A stretch of DNA of 64,000 nt from a virus (lineage: Duplodnaviria > Caudoviricetes): the IMG/VR virus record IMGVR_UViG_2886218242_000014, positions 622 to 64,621 of that record; one strand, given 5' to 3'. A program made the position numbers and the translations under genes. This document shows positions 15,988 through 25,440 of this stretch, piece after piece; the first letter of the stretch is position 1, and each line of letters starts with the position of its first letter. The notes beneath the pieces were generated by a model. It saw only the letters and a list, made by a program, of their open reading frames with translations. It was not told the origin of the DNA and ran no database searches.

Positions 15988-16182
15988 CGTTTCGTACGAT
16001 TCGTAAAACGGTATATAAAACACTTCGCCTAGTGGAGTTTGCATTGGACTCGCTAGGCGTTCTACTGAATGGACTAGTGTAGGCTGGAAATCTCCTAGTC
16101 GGGAAAGGTTCTTCCTTTCTCAGAGATTCTTAGTTAGTAGGGTGATACTCCCCCATTCTACCTGCTAAAGAGGAATCTCTGA
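15988..16182 (+). ncRNA. Candidate multi-hairpin structured RNA after the capsid gene
   Basis: Five consecutive stems (CCGTTT/AAACGG, CGCCTAG/CTAGGCG, GACTAG/CTAGTC, GAAAGG/CCTTTC, CAGAGATTC/GAATCTCTG). Confidence 0.4.
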
Positions 16183-16206
16183 CAAGAGAAGAAAGGAGTG
16201 AAAGCT

Positions 16207-16383
16207 ATGAAGGTTAAAGCTAAAGTGGAAGCCATAGATAGTTTATTCAACCGAGTAGGTGACATCTTGGAGGTAAACGACGAGTACGGAAAACACCTCA
16301 TTAGTATTGACTATGCAGAGTCAGTTGAAGAGAAGAAAGCACCTACCAAGAAGCCTGCTCCCAAGTCTAAAGCTAAGGAGTGA
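16207..16383 (+). CDS. Small head-associated protein
   Basis: AAAGGAGTG RBS; VGDILEV motif with K/P-rich tail. Confidence 0.6.
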   Translation: MKVKAKVEAIDSLFNRVGDILEVNDEYGKHLISIDYAESVEEKKAPTKKPAPKSKAKE

Positions 16384-16389
16384 TGACAA

Positions 16390-16812
16390 GTGAGTTATAG
16401 TACTCCGAAAGATCTACGTACTACCTACAGGCAACAGCTACCAAGTTCCATCTCAGATAAAGACATCCAAGTCTTCTGTGATAAAACTACGGTCTATATG
16501 AACGGTATCCTAGCTAAAGCTTACAAGGTTCCGTTCTCCCCAGTACCACCCCTCATCAAACAGGTAGCCAACGACCTGACTACATACTTCTTCATTGAAG
16601 GTATGTACACCTCACAGAAACCAAACCTCGATGAGTTCTACAAAGACCTCAAAGTTAGATTAGACAAACTCCTGCAAGACATCCTCAATGGAGATATGAC
16701 TCTTATTGATGAGGATGGAAACGTAGTGCAGCCTTTGCCTACGTGGAATAATGGATACGCTACTACGAATGATGATGAGCCGTTCTTTGATCGGTGTCAT
16801 CCTTATTGGTAG
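16390..16812 (+). CDS. Head-tail adaptor (Mu gp36/DUF1320-like)
   Basis: YSTPKDL..YMNGILAKAYKVPFSPVP. Confidence 0.75.
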   Translation: MSYSTPKDLRTTYRQQLPSSISDKDIQVFCDKTTVYMNGILAKAYKVPFSPVPPLIKQVANDLTTYFFIEGMYTSQKPNLDEFYKDLKVRLDKLLQDILNGDMTLIDEDGNVVQPLPTWNNGYATTNDDEPFFDRCHPYW

Positions 16813-16821
16813 GTGAGCTAG

Positions 16822-17292
16822 ATGGCTAACAATAACGGACGCATGAGAGTTGAGCTCAATGGATTCGATGTAAGGATGCTCAAGGCAGCAGGCAAACTGG
16901 ACGATCTCAAGACGCCTCTCCGTAGGTCTGAAACCTACATGGAGCGTTCGATAGGCAATCGTTTTAGAACTGCTGCATGGGTTCCTCTCAGTAGCTACAC
17001 TCTTCAGATTCATCCTCACAGAGTTGGTGGAAAGCCATTGAACGATACAGGAGCGCTCAAGCAGTCAATCACAAGCGGAGCTGCTAACAAGCTATCTAAG
17101 AAGAAATTGACTATTAGGTCAGGTCTTCCTAAGGCTAACTTGCATCACCACGGAGGTAGGACTAGTTGGGGTACTTTTGTGCCTGCTCGACCGTTCTTAT
17201 ACTTCAATGAGGTAGATAAACAGATGATTCAACGAGTGTTCGATGACTATGTAGATGAACTAGTGAGGGAGGTAAACGATGGAAACCACTAG
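16822..17292 (+). CDS. Virion morphogenesis protein (Mu gpG-like)
   Basis: PLNDTGALKQSI...HHHGG...VPARPFL. Confidence 0.8.
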   Translation: MANNNGRMRVELNGFDVRMLKAAGKLDDLKTPLRRSETYMERSIGNRFRTAAWVPLSSYTLQIHPHRVGGKPLNDTGALKQSITSGAANKLSKKKLTIRSGLPKANLHHHGGRTSWGTFVPARPFLYFNEVDKQMIQRVFDDYVDELVREVNDGNH

Positions 17293-17770
17293 AGGTATTT
17301 ACAACCAAACTAAAAAACATATAGCCGATTACCTCATCGAGTGTTTCAATGCAAGTGATGACAAAGTAGATGTCTACCGAGCTCCTTTCCAACAGCTACC
17401 TACATTCCCTGCTATTACTGTTGAGATAGTCGGTAGACCAACTCGTAAGGCGATCGCTATAGGTGGAACTTATCAATCAACTATCTCTGTAAATCTTTGG
17501 GTTTATACGAGTTTACTAGATGGGATGGAAGCTGAGGAGCAATGCTTGTGGTTGACAAGCCAAGTAGAATACTACATCGCTCAGAATAGAACCCTCGGAG
17601 GTAGATTCCAAGAGGTTAAGCTCGATGATGATATCCAATTCGGCACAGTCCAAGAAGGAGAAGTGAACTTCCTCCAAGGAGCTAAGGTGCCTTTATTGGT
17701 TACTACAAAGATGATTCAAGATAAGCCACAATGTGGTACAGACTCAGGGGGTGATTGCTCGTGCGGTTAA
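17279..17770 (+). CDS. Tail terminator/completion protein
   Basis: TFPAITVE motif, synteny before the tail tube gene. Confidence 0.65.
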   Translation: METTRGIYNQTKKHIADYLIECFNASDDKVDVYRAPFQQLPTFPAITVEIVGRPTRKAIAIGGTYQSTISVNLWVYTSLLDGMEAEEQCLWLTSQVEYYIAQNRTLGGRFQEVKLDDDIQFGTVQEGEVNFLQGAKVPLLVTTKMIQDKPQCGTDSGGDCSCG

Positions 17771-17943
17771 TCTACGACAATGACACTCCAAAGAACTTTC
17801 TCTATCCGGCTTATGGTCTAGTGGAGAAAGGCTTCATTGTTGACGTGCTCGATAAGGAATTAATTTCTTCTCTCAAGGAGAAGGGATTCAAGAAAGCCCC
17901 GCCTTTCAAGGGGAAAGATGAGGAGGAGAAAATAGATGGCTAG
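17755..17943 (+). CDS. Small hypothetical virion-module protein
   Basis: Coupled between tail terminator and tail tube genes. Confidence 0.5.
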   Translation: MLVRLIYDNDTPKNFLYPAYGLVEKGFIVDVLDKELISSLKEKGFKKAPPFKGKDEEEKIDG

Positions 17944-18898
17944 ACAAACACAAGGTTACGATACATTGATTGCCTTCGGAAAGGAAGCTACTCAAGGTAC
18001 TGCTCCAGCAGCAGGAACATTTAAGAGCTGGGGAATTACTTCTGGCTGGGAGCCAAAAATCAACAAGAATCACGAACCTATTCGAGGAATCGGATCTCGT
18101 ACAGTTGTATCTCATAAGCCTTTAGGCCAGGAGGTTACAGCTACATGGAGTGGATACTTACAAGATCCACGCATCTTATGGTACGCACTAGGTGGGGCAG
18201 TTACTAAGACAGGAGCAGCTAACGCTTGGGTTCATACATTCTCCAACGTAGGGCGTTGCCAAGAGCTTCCTACCTTCTCGGTTAACACTAATATGTGTGT
18301 GAATGGTACTCCGTTTATTACTAACTATGTAGGTTCTAAGATCGATACTCTTACGATTAGTGGCTCTGCAGGTGAAGTCGTAGAGGTAGAAGCTGAGATC
18401 CAATCGTTAGACGCGGTTGATGGTGCCACAGCAGCTAGCTCATATGATTATCCAACTAACGAGATTATGACCTTTGCAGATGGAGACATTCTTGCCAATG
18501 GATCTGCTACACCGTCAGCTAGTGTTAAGGAGTTTGAACTCGAGATCAGTAATAACTTAGAGGCTTTATTTACAATCATGAAGCAATCTGGTAATGGCGG
18601 TGTCCCTAAGTATATTAATGAAGGTGTGGTGGATATCACCGGCTCTATTACGGTTGCTCTTATGGATACAACTACTCGTACGGCTTTTCGTAACGGAACA
18701 GAGTTCTCTATGAAGTTAACATTCACAGATCCAATCGTACCAGCGAACTACTTTGAGATTACTCTTGGTGGTGCTAAATATGATACAGACTCATTAGGTG
18801 TTGAAGCTGATGGAGAAACAGATTACGAGCTAGATGTACTGTTCCGTACTATCTCTGTGAAGATTGGCTCTAAAGACGTATCAGACTTAACAGTATAA
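17936..18898 (+). CDS. Major tail (tube) protein
   Basis: FGKEATQGTAP; VGSKIDTLTISG; FELEISNNLE. Confidence 0.85.
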   Translation: MARQTQGYDTLIAFGKEATQGTAPAAGTFKSWGITSGWEPKINKNHEPIRGIGSRTVVSHKPLGQEVTATWSGYLQDPRILWYALGGAVTKTGAANAWVHTFSNVGRCQELPTFSVNTNMCVNGTPFITNYVGSKIDTLTISGSAGEVVEVEAEIQSLDAVDGATAASSYDYPTNEIMTFADGDILANGSATPSASVKEFELEISNNLEALFTIMKQSGNGGVPKYINEGVVDITGSITVALMDTTTRTAFRNGTEFSMKLTFTDPIVPANYFEITLGGAKYDTDSLGVEADGETDYELDVLFRTISVKIGSKDVSDLTV

Positions 18899-18941
18899 AA
18901 CTCGGGAGGCTTCGGTCTCCCTTAATACTAAAACTCGAAAG

Positions 18942-19310
18942 GTGGAAACTATAATGACTAAGCAACAATTCCCATGGTTAAACAAACAGGAGACATTCAC
19001 AGAGAAGGTACAAGGAGTACGAGTTACTTATAAGAAGCCTTCCTTTGGAGCGCAACGCCGTATCCAAGGTGAAGTTACAAAGGTAGACTCTAAGAGTGGT
19101 AAAGTCGATATCGACGCTTCTCTAATGATGTTAGCTCTTACGGTTGAATCTATTGTGGATTGGGACTTTACAGATGAATCTGGTGAGAAGTTGCCTATCG
19201 AGATCCATACTTTCGATGAGGTATTTGACCCAGAGTTTGCCGCTGAGATCGTCAAGGTAGTTACTGACAAGGTAGCTGGAGATGTATCTGATAAGAAAAA
19301 AAAGAAATAG
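18942..19310 (+). CDS. Tail assembly chaperone (gpG-like)
   Basis: Between tube and TMP genes; SIVDWDFTDESGEKLPI; ends in a slippery A run. Confidence 0.8.
   Translation: METIMTKQQFPWLNKQETFTEKVQGVRVTYKKPSFGAQRRIQGEVTKVDSKSGKVDIDASLMMLALTVESIVDWDFTDESGEKLPIEIHTFDEVFDPEFAAEIVKVVTDKVAGDVSDKKKKK
19298..19304 (+). other. Programmed -1 frameshift site A-AAA-AAG giving a gpGT-like fusion
   Basis: Heptamer sits in the chaperone frame; the -1 frame is open from 19295 into ORF 19319-19549. Confidence 0.8.
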
Positions 19311-19318
19311 ATAGCCAA

Positions 19319-19549
19319 ATGAAGTCTCTAGTGGGAGGCAAGTCTGTCAAAGGAATCCTCCCAGAGATAGAGATGTACGAGCTTTGCACTTTGCTACATA
19401 AGACGCCTTCTGAGATTAAAGCTGAGTCGCATGAAGACATAGCAGCACTCTTGCTAGTTCATAACGCTAAAAACAAATATGAGTCGGAAGCTCAGAAGAA
19501 AGGCGACAAGAAGCAGGCTCGTAAGAATGTAGCTGATAAGTATCGCTAG
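19319..19549 (+). CDS. gpT-like chaperone extension
   Basis: In the -1 frame relative to 18942-19310. Confidence 0.7.
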   Translation: MKSLVGGKSVKGILPEIEMYELCTLLHKTPSEIKAESHEDIAALLLVHNAKNKYESEAQKKGDKKQARKNVADKYR

Positions 19550-19552
19550 GAG

Positions 19553-21886
19553 GTGAGAACTATCGCTTCAGTTATAGATATTATTATCGAGGCTCAGGAC
19601 AGAGCTAGTAACACTTTTAGGCAAACCTCAGCAGAAGCTAAGAAGATGGCAGCCATCATAGGCTTAATCACCATAGCAGCGGCCGGAATGACTCCAGCTC
19701 TATTAGGTGGTTTAGGAGCTGTTGCTTCATTGTTTGGTACTGCTGGGATAGCCGCCGCAGGCTTCGGGGCCTTAGCGTTCTCAACCTTTGTGAAGACCAC
19801 CGAGAAGGCGAATGACCTTGAGCAGGCACACCTCAAGGCGAATGCCGCCCTCATTGCAGGTGACACAAAGGGATATGCTAAGGCGATGGCTATGGTGCAG
19901 GCCATCATGGAGAGTATGACTGAAGAGGAACGTCAAGCAGTAGTTGCCATCAACAACCTCAAAGATGCTTGGAGAGAGATGGAAGACAAAATGACTCCGA
20001 CTAACTTGAGATTAATCGCTGAGACTACAGACTTTCTTCGCAATACTATGACGAGACTATTCCCTTCCTTCCAAGGAGTCGGTGAGTCCTTCGTAGGCAT
20101 GATGAAGTGGATGAACCAAGCCATCGAGCAAGGTAAAGCTGACAAGTTCTTCGAACACATGAACACCTTTGCAGTTCCGATGTTCGAGAAGGTAATGAAA
20201 TCAGCAGGTAACATCTTGAGTGGATTCGGCGGAATCATGGTGGCTTTTACTCCACTAGGTATGCAACTCGGAGATGGCATGGTAGACCTGACTAAGAAGT
20301 TTGCTGACTGGGCTTGGGGTTTACAAAGTAACCCTGCCTTCCAAGACTTCGTTAAACAAGTACAAGAGAGTACGCCTATCATAATGGACTTCATAGGTCA
20401 GATCGTTCTAACTCTATGGGATTTAGTCCAAGGGCTTTATCCTGTCTCGCTTCAAATCATCAAGATGACTACTGAGTTCCTAGAGTGGGCTCGAGAGTCA
20501 GGCGCACTAGATACTGTCTTAAAGCTAATCAACGATACAGTTAAGTTCTTCCTAGACAACTTGGATTTATTGGCTCCAGTTATTGCAGGTGTAACTGCTG
20601 GGGTAATAGCTGCTAATATTGCTTTTAAAGCTATGATGATTGTGAGTACGATTGCTAAAGGGATTGAGTTATTAACAACGGTACTAGGACTTTCTCGGGT
20701 AGCCACTGCTGCTGCGACTGTATCACAGTGGGGATTGAATGCTGCTATGATGGCTAATCCTATAGGTATTGTTATCGGACTCATCGTTGCGTTAATTGCT
20801 GTAGGCGTTCTCTTATATCAAAACTGGGATGAGATAACTAAGTGGTGTAAAGAGATGTGGGCTACACTAGAAGAATATTGGGATCTAGGAGTTACCATCG
20901 TTAAAGCGGCTTACCGTAAAATGGTCTTCGAGGCTAAAAAGTGGTGGGCTGAAACTCAAGAGTGGTGGGATAAAACTGTACAGGACGCTAAGGACAAAGC
21001 TGAAGAGATGAAACAAAAAGTTGTCCAAAAGTATGAGTGGTTAAAGCAAGAAGCTGTCAAGCAAGTGCTCCAGTTGTACTATGACACAAGAGATAAATGG
21101 AATCAAATGAAGCAAGACGCACAAGACAAAGTTGAAGAGATGAAACAAAAGGCTATACAGAAATATGAACAACTAAAGCAAGATGCCGTACAGAAGCTCT
21201 ATGAGATGGTTAGTGATGCTAAAGAGAAATGGGATAACATGGTTCAAGCTGCTGAGGATAAGGTAGAAAGTATGAAGAGGGCTGCCAAGAGGATGCTTGA
21301 TGGAGTCAAAGATTCTGTTAAGAATGGTTTTAATGATGCAGTTAATGACACAGCAGACGGTATCAGAAAGATGGTCAACAAATTTACTGGATATTTCCGT
21401 GATTTCTATAACTCCGGTAAGGGGTTACTTAGTGAGTTTACGAATGGCATCTGGAAAGGTTTTGGAGACGCTGCTGATGCTGTTGCTAGAGGAATGAAAA
21501 ATATCCGAGCTTACTTACCGTTCTCCCCTGCGAAGAAAGGCCCACTTAGCGACCTAGACAAATCAGGTGAAGCGTTCTTCCCTACTTGGTACAAGGCAGC
21601 GCTCACTAAAGTTTCAGCTATGGATCGTGCTATCGGAGGCGCCTTCTCTGGAGTTGCTGACACAGCGAGTGTAGCACTAGCGAGCACAGGCTTGGAAGCA
21701 TTCACTGGAGGCAGAACTAGCGTGACAGTCAACCACATAGTCAAAGTAGACGGCACTGTAGGTCTTGACTCTAAAGGAATCGAGGAGTTCGAGGATAGAG
21801 TGACTCAGCAGGTAATTAACACTTCGGGCGGTGGCTACGGAGGAATGGACTACTCAGGCTTACAACAATCAATTAGAAAATACTGA
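19553..21886 (+). CDS. Tail tape measure protein (probable real start ATC at 19562, giving 774 aa)
   Basis: Follows the chaperones; A/G-rich helical protein with Trp-periodic repeats. Confidence 0.95.
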   Translation: MRTIASVIDIIIEAQDRASNTFRQTSAEAKKMAAIIGLITIAAAGMTPALLGGLGAVASLFGTAGIAAAGFGALAFSTFVKTTEKANDLEQAHLKANAALIAGDTKGYAKAMAMVQAIMESMTEEERQAVVAINNLKDAWREMEDKMTPTNLRLIAETTDFLRNTMTRLFPSFQGVGESFVGMMKWMNQAIEQGKADKFFEHMNTFAVPMFEKVMKSAGNILSGFGGIMVAFTPLGMQLGDGMVDLTKKFADWAWGLQSNPAFQDFVKQVQESTPIIMDFIGQIVLTLWDLVQGLYPVSLQIIKMTTEFLEWARESGALDTVLKLINDTVKFFLDNLDLLAPVIAGVTAGVIAANIAFKAMMIVSTIAKGIELLTTVLGLSRVATAAATVSQWGLNAAMMANPIGIVIGLIVALIAVGVLLYQNWDEITKWCKEMWATLEEYWDLGVTIVKAAYRKMVFEAKKWWAETQEWWDKTVQDAKDKAEEMKQKVVQKYEWLKQEAVKQVLQLYYDTRDKWNQMKQDAQDKVEEMKQKAIQKYEQLKQDAVQKLYEMVSDAKEKWDNMVQAAEDKVESMKRAAKRMLDGVKDSVKNGFNDAVNDTADGIRKMVNKFTGYFRDFYNSGKGLLSEFTNGIWKGFGDAADAVARGMKNIRAYLPFSPAKKGPLSDLDKSGEAFFPTWYKAALTKVSAMDRAIGGAFSGVADTASVALASTGLEAFTGGRTSVTVNHIVKVDGTVGLDSKGIEEFEDRVTQQVINTSGGGYGGMDYSGLQQSIRKY

Positions 21887-21897
21887 GGAGGGGAACT

Positions 21898-22560
21898 ATG
21901 GCAGGAACACCAACGATAACAGGAATTACAATAAACTCAAGTGGCAATGCTGTGGTGACCTTCAGTTATGCTGGAGGCGCCTCCTCAGATATTGTCTACT
22001 TGGATAGAGCTAATAGTTACGACTCACCAGATAAAGCTAAAGTGGTTAGGAAACTCTCTAGAGGGACGCTAACTAATATGACAGACTTTACGATTCCCAA
22101 CTCTGGAGCACGCTATTGGTATCGCATGAGAGTGACTAATGCAGATGGATCTGGTATGACATATAGTCCTGATTGGTTCAGTGTAGATACCGAGTGCCTA
22201 GACATTGTCACAATAGCTCCGTACTCTGAACAGTGGACTCAGACAAAACTAAATGTTGTTCAGTCTAGGAGTGGCAAACGAGGAAGAGAGACTCAACTCA
22301 TGGAGTTTGCTGGTAGAAAAAGGCCTGCTGCAGAGGTGGGCATGATGAGAAGCCAAGAAGTAAACCTAACTTGGTGGGTTGAAACAACTCAGGAAGTTTA
22401 CGATATAGAAAGAGTCCTAATGGATAATGATTTCTGGTATAGAGATAACTACGGCAGAAGCTTCCACGGAGTATGCTCTGATGTATCTGTCTCGGATTAC
22501 ATTGGGGGGTACAACATGAGTGCGACACTAACAGAGATAGACGGTGAAGGTATTAACTAG
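21898..22560 (+). CDS. Distal tail protein-like with N-terminal Ig/Fn3-like domain
   Basis: Follows TMP; RYWYRMRVTN Fn3-like strand. Confidence 0.6.
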   Translation: MAGTPTITGITINSSGNAVVTFSYAGGASSDIVYLDRANSYDSPDKAKVVRKLSRGTLTNMTDFTIPNSGARYWYRMRVTNADGSGMTYSPDWFSVDTECLDIVTIAPYSEQWTQTKLNVVQSRSGKRGRETQLMEFAGRKRPAAEVGMMRSQEVNLTWWVETTQEVYDIERVLMDNDFWYRDNYGRSFHGVCSDVSVSDYIGGYNMSATLTEIDGEGIN

Positions 22561-22575
22561 AAAGGAGTTGTCACT

Positions 22576-24756
22576 ATGGTGTCACGAGCGAGGTTTAATG
22601 AAGGTACTAGGGAGATATCTTTTAGGTACGATATCCTAGATAAGAACAATGTCAAAAAGGGTGAAGCTAGCAATATCGCTGAGGGGAAGATATCCTTTAA
22701 TGCTGAAGCGAGTATCCATAGGACAGCTACTTTCAAGCTTAGAGAAGAAGCGCCACCTCCAGAGAATATAAACATCACAGCAGGTAATACTTATACGACT
22801 CTTAACTTCCCTGTTAGTGGGTGGTCAACAGATAACTGGATAGGAACCAGTACTGGGCAGTTGCTACCTCAGGGGGCGCCACTGTATAACGGATTGAACC
22901 CAGAGTTTACTGGTGAGATAAAAACTGTACCTCAGGGAACGATATGGGAAAACTGGAAAGTGTTTAAACCTAGTGCACTAACTGGTGTAACATACACAGC
23001 AGGCACTGGCAACGGAGCTTATGGTAACTCACAGACCATAAGTAAGACTAATACAACATATGGTCAAGCAGGGATCATCTCTGAGTTTAACACCTACACT
23101 GTCCAACGCCAAACGATATACTTTTGTTTCTGTTACAAACTAGAGATAGGTGGCGTTGTGTCATCTAATAAACCTTTCGTCTGGTGTGTACCTACAAACA
23201 AAGCTAACGAGGGTAATGATTGGTACCCAAACTATAGAGTGCATGATAGTCAAATAGCTACTAAGCCTCTCGGGAATAATTGGTACTTCTGTGAGGGTTA
23301 CTACGAAGTAGATATCTTAGGTACTACAGACCCATTTACTCTTTGGACAATCGCTGTAGGCTACGAGACGGCATCAACTTTTAAAATACAAGTTAGTAAC
23401 ATGTATATCCACAGTGTGATAAATAAGAGAATCAGCAACTCAGGTTCTACTATCTCTCAGGTATTTGATATCTCTTACAACAAGGTAGTCGATGGGTTTA
23501 ACCCTACTTTCCAGAAAGCAAGACTCTACTTCGATACAATCTACGCTAGATACAACCCCTCACAGGTTAACCGTCCGATAAATAATTTGTATTACCAAAC
23601 GAGTACGGATGGAGGTACTACCTGGTCAGCCTACACGTTAGCAGTCAACGGAGTTAACATATCGACCATCTCTGGAGGCACCAGCTCAGCTAATCTCAAG
23701 ATGAGGCTCAAGTGGGAGTTCGACAGGGTATCATTAGGAGACAAGACTCCGCGCTTCGTAGACCTTCGTATAGAGGTTAACTACAACGCCAAAGGAAAGA
23801 ACCCTCTGACAGACAGTATTGACTATCGAGTAGACCGGATTAGGCCCTACATGATTTACAAGGACGGTGCATCCACTGTAGAACGATCTCTAGGTATATT
23901 CCTCCTCAACTCACCTAAGAGGAAGGACAAAGGCTCTAGAGTCTACAGAGAGATAGAAGCCTATGATCAGTTGTCTATCTTGGCAGATGCTAAGGTGATA
24001 CATGCTTTCCAGACAACTTCTAATGGAGGAAAGAAAGTCACTGAGTTGATTACTGAGATCCTAACAGGAACAGACACAACAATACCTGTTAAGTTCGGAT
24101 ACAGCTTCCCTGCTGCGTTTGTCAATATAAGCAACAGCACTAACGTTTACCTAGATAGAACGCTAAACTTCAACGTAGGAGACACTTGGTTGAATGTCAT
24201 TAACGCCATGCTCATGTTTATCAACTATACGCCACTCTATGTAGACGGCAATGGAGTACTGAGAGCGGAACCTTACAAGGCCCCAGCAGACAGACCTACG
24301 AGCCACACGTATATCGACGATGAACTCTCGATTATCTACAAAGAAGCCGAGGAGGAGTTTGATATACATGATGTGCCTAACGTGTTTGTTGTAACACAAC
24401 AGGCTGACTCCGAAGGTGAACGAATGTACAGTAGGATATTTAATACCAATGAAGGCAGCCTATCGAGCACTGTCAATGTAGGTCGCTATATTGTTGACTA
24501 TAGAGAAGTAAGCCAAGTAGCTAACCAAGGCATACTCGATACGTACTGTGCGAGGATAGCTAACGAGGCTAGTCAGGCATACGGAAAGGTTATCTTTAGA
24601 ACCGCTCTTATGCCGTCTCACGAGTACATGAACAATATCCAATTGAGGTACCAAAACCTAAGAATAGATGATATCTACACAGAGACAGACTGGTCAATGG
24701 ACTTGAAAGTAGGAGGCCAAATGGAACACCGAGTGAGGAAGGTGGTTAGAATATGA
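22576..24756 (+). CDS. Tail hub/baseplate protein with a large internal insertion
   Basis: SIHRTATFKL...IDYRVDRIRPYM...LGIFLLNSP...EAYDQLSIL...FNVGDTWLNVINAML...DVPNVFVV. Confidence 0.7.
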   Translation: MVSRARFNEGTREISFRYDILDKNNVKKGEASNIAEGKISFNAEASIHRTATFKLREEAPPPENINITAGNTYTTLNFPVSGWSTDNWIGTSTGQLLPQGAPLYNGLNPEFTGEIKTVPQGTIWENWKVFKPSALTGVTYTAGTGNGAYGNSQTISKTNTTYGQAGIISEFNTYTVQRQTIYFCFCYKLEIGGVVSSNKPFVWCVPTNKANEGNDWYPNYRVHDSQIATKPLGNNWYFCEGYYEVDILGTTDPFTLWTIAVGYETASTFKIQVSNMYIHSVINKRISNSGSTISQVFDISYNKVVDGFNPTFQKARLYFDTIYARYNPSQVNRPINNLYYQTSTDGGTTWSAYTLAVNGVNISTISGGTSSANLKMRLKWEFDRVSLGDKTPRFVDLRIEVNYNAKGKNPLTDSIDYRVDRIRPYMIYKDGASTVERSLGIFLLNSPKRKDKGSRVYREIEAYDQLSILADAKVIHAFQTTSNGGKKVTELITEILTGTDTTIPVKFGYSFPAAFVNISNSTNVYLDRTLNFNVGDTWLNVINAMLMFINYTPLYVDGNGVLRAEPYKAPADRPTSHTYIDDELSIIYKEAEEEFDIHDVPNVFVVTQQADSEGERMYSRIFNTNEGSLSSTVNVGRYIVDYREVSQVANQGILDTYCARIANEASQAYGKVIFRTALMPSHEYMNNIQLRYQNLRIDDIYTETDWSMDLKVGGQMEHRVRKVVRI

Positions 24757-25040
24757 TCGACCAAAGGAGACAGCAAGATGATTTTATCGCTGCCGTATTA
24801 GCTAAAGCTCAAGAGGATAGCAATAAGAGCCCCCTCCTCGTGGGGAGAACGAATAGTACTGTCTCAGCTGCTACCACAAGTATACCAGTTGACTTTGATT
24901 ACTATTCAGCTAACACCTCGATAATCATATGCAAGCTAGAGGAAGGCGTCAGAGACAGGCTAGTAGGGAGACCTGCTGGGCAGAAGGTTCTAGTAGGTAA
25001 CATCGGTAGTTTCTATATGATCATCGGAATCATAGCTTAG
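24753..25040 (+). CDS. Minor tail protein
   Basis: Coupled to the hub gene; QKVLVGNIG..YMIIG. Confidence 0.55.
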   Translation: MIDQRRQQDDFIAAVLAKAQEDSNKSPLLVGRTNSTVSAATTSIPVDFDYYSANTSIIICKLEEGVRDRLVGRPAGQKVLVGNIGSFYMIIGIIA

Positions 25041-25051
25041 GAGGTGAACAG

Positions 25052-25423
25052 ATGGGGTTAAAGGAGATCACCGAGCTGGTCAAAACAGAGTATGTCTTCG
25101 GAGTTCTTTTCATCTTAGGGTTAATTTATGCGGGGAAGTATATTAGAGAAGTACTTGCTAGTCAAGCCCAAGATAACAGAGACTCTGAGGCTAGAATGGC
25201 TGAAATGAATGCGGCTCATCAAGCTGAGATGAAAGAATCTCATAGAGAGCAAATGTCTAAGGCATACGAGCGAGAAGATAAACTCATGAAGCATCAAACA
25301 GAAATGACCGTACAACTTAAAGAAATTAGTACAACGCAATCTAGATTTGCTACCTCGTTAGACAAGTTAGAACAGCGAACAGAGGATAACTTCCGAGCAC
25401 TCTGGCAAGAAGTACAAAAATAA
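25052..25423 (+). CDS. Holin-like (BhlA/UviB-type) membrane protein
   Basis: N-terminal TM (VFGVLFILGLIYAG) followed by coiled coil. Confidence 0.55.
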   Translation: MGLKEITELVKTEYVFGVLFILGLIYAGKYIREVLASQAQDNRDSEARMAEMNAAHQAEMKESHREQMSKAYEREDKLMKHQTEMTVQLKEISTTQSRFATSLDKLEQRTEDNFRALWQEVQK

Positions 25424-25440
25424 CCTGAGGAGGATACTAT

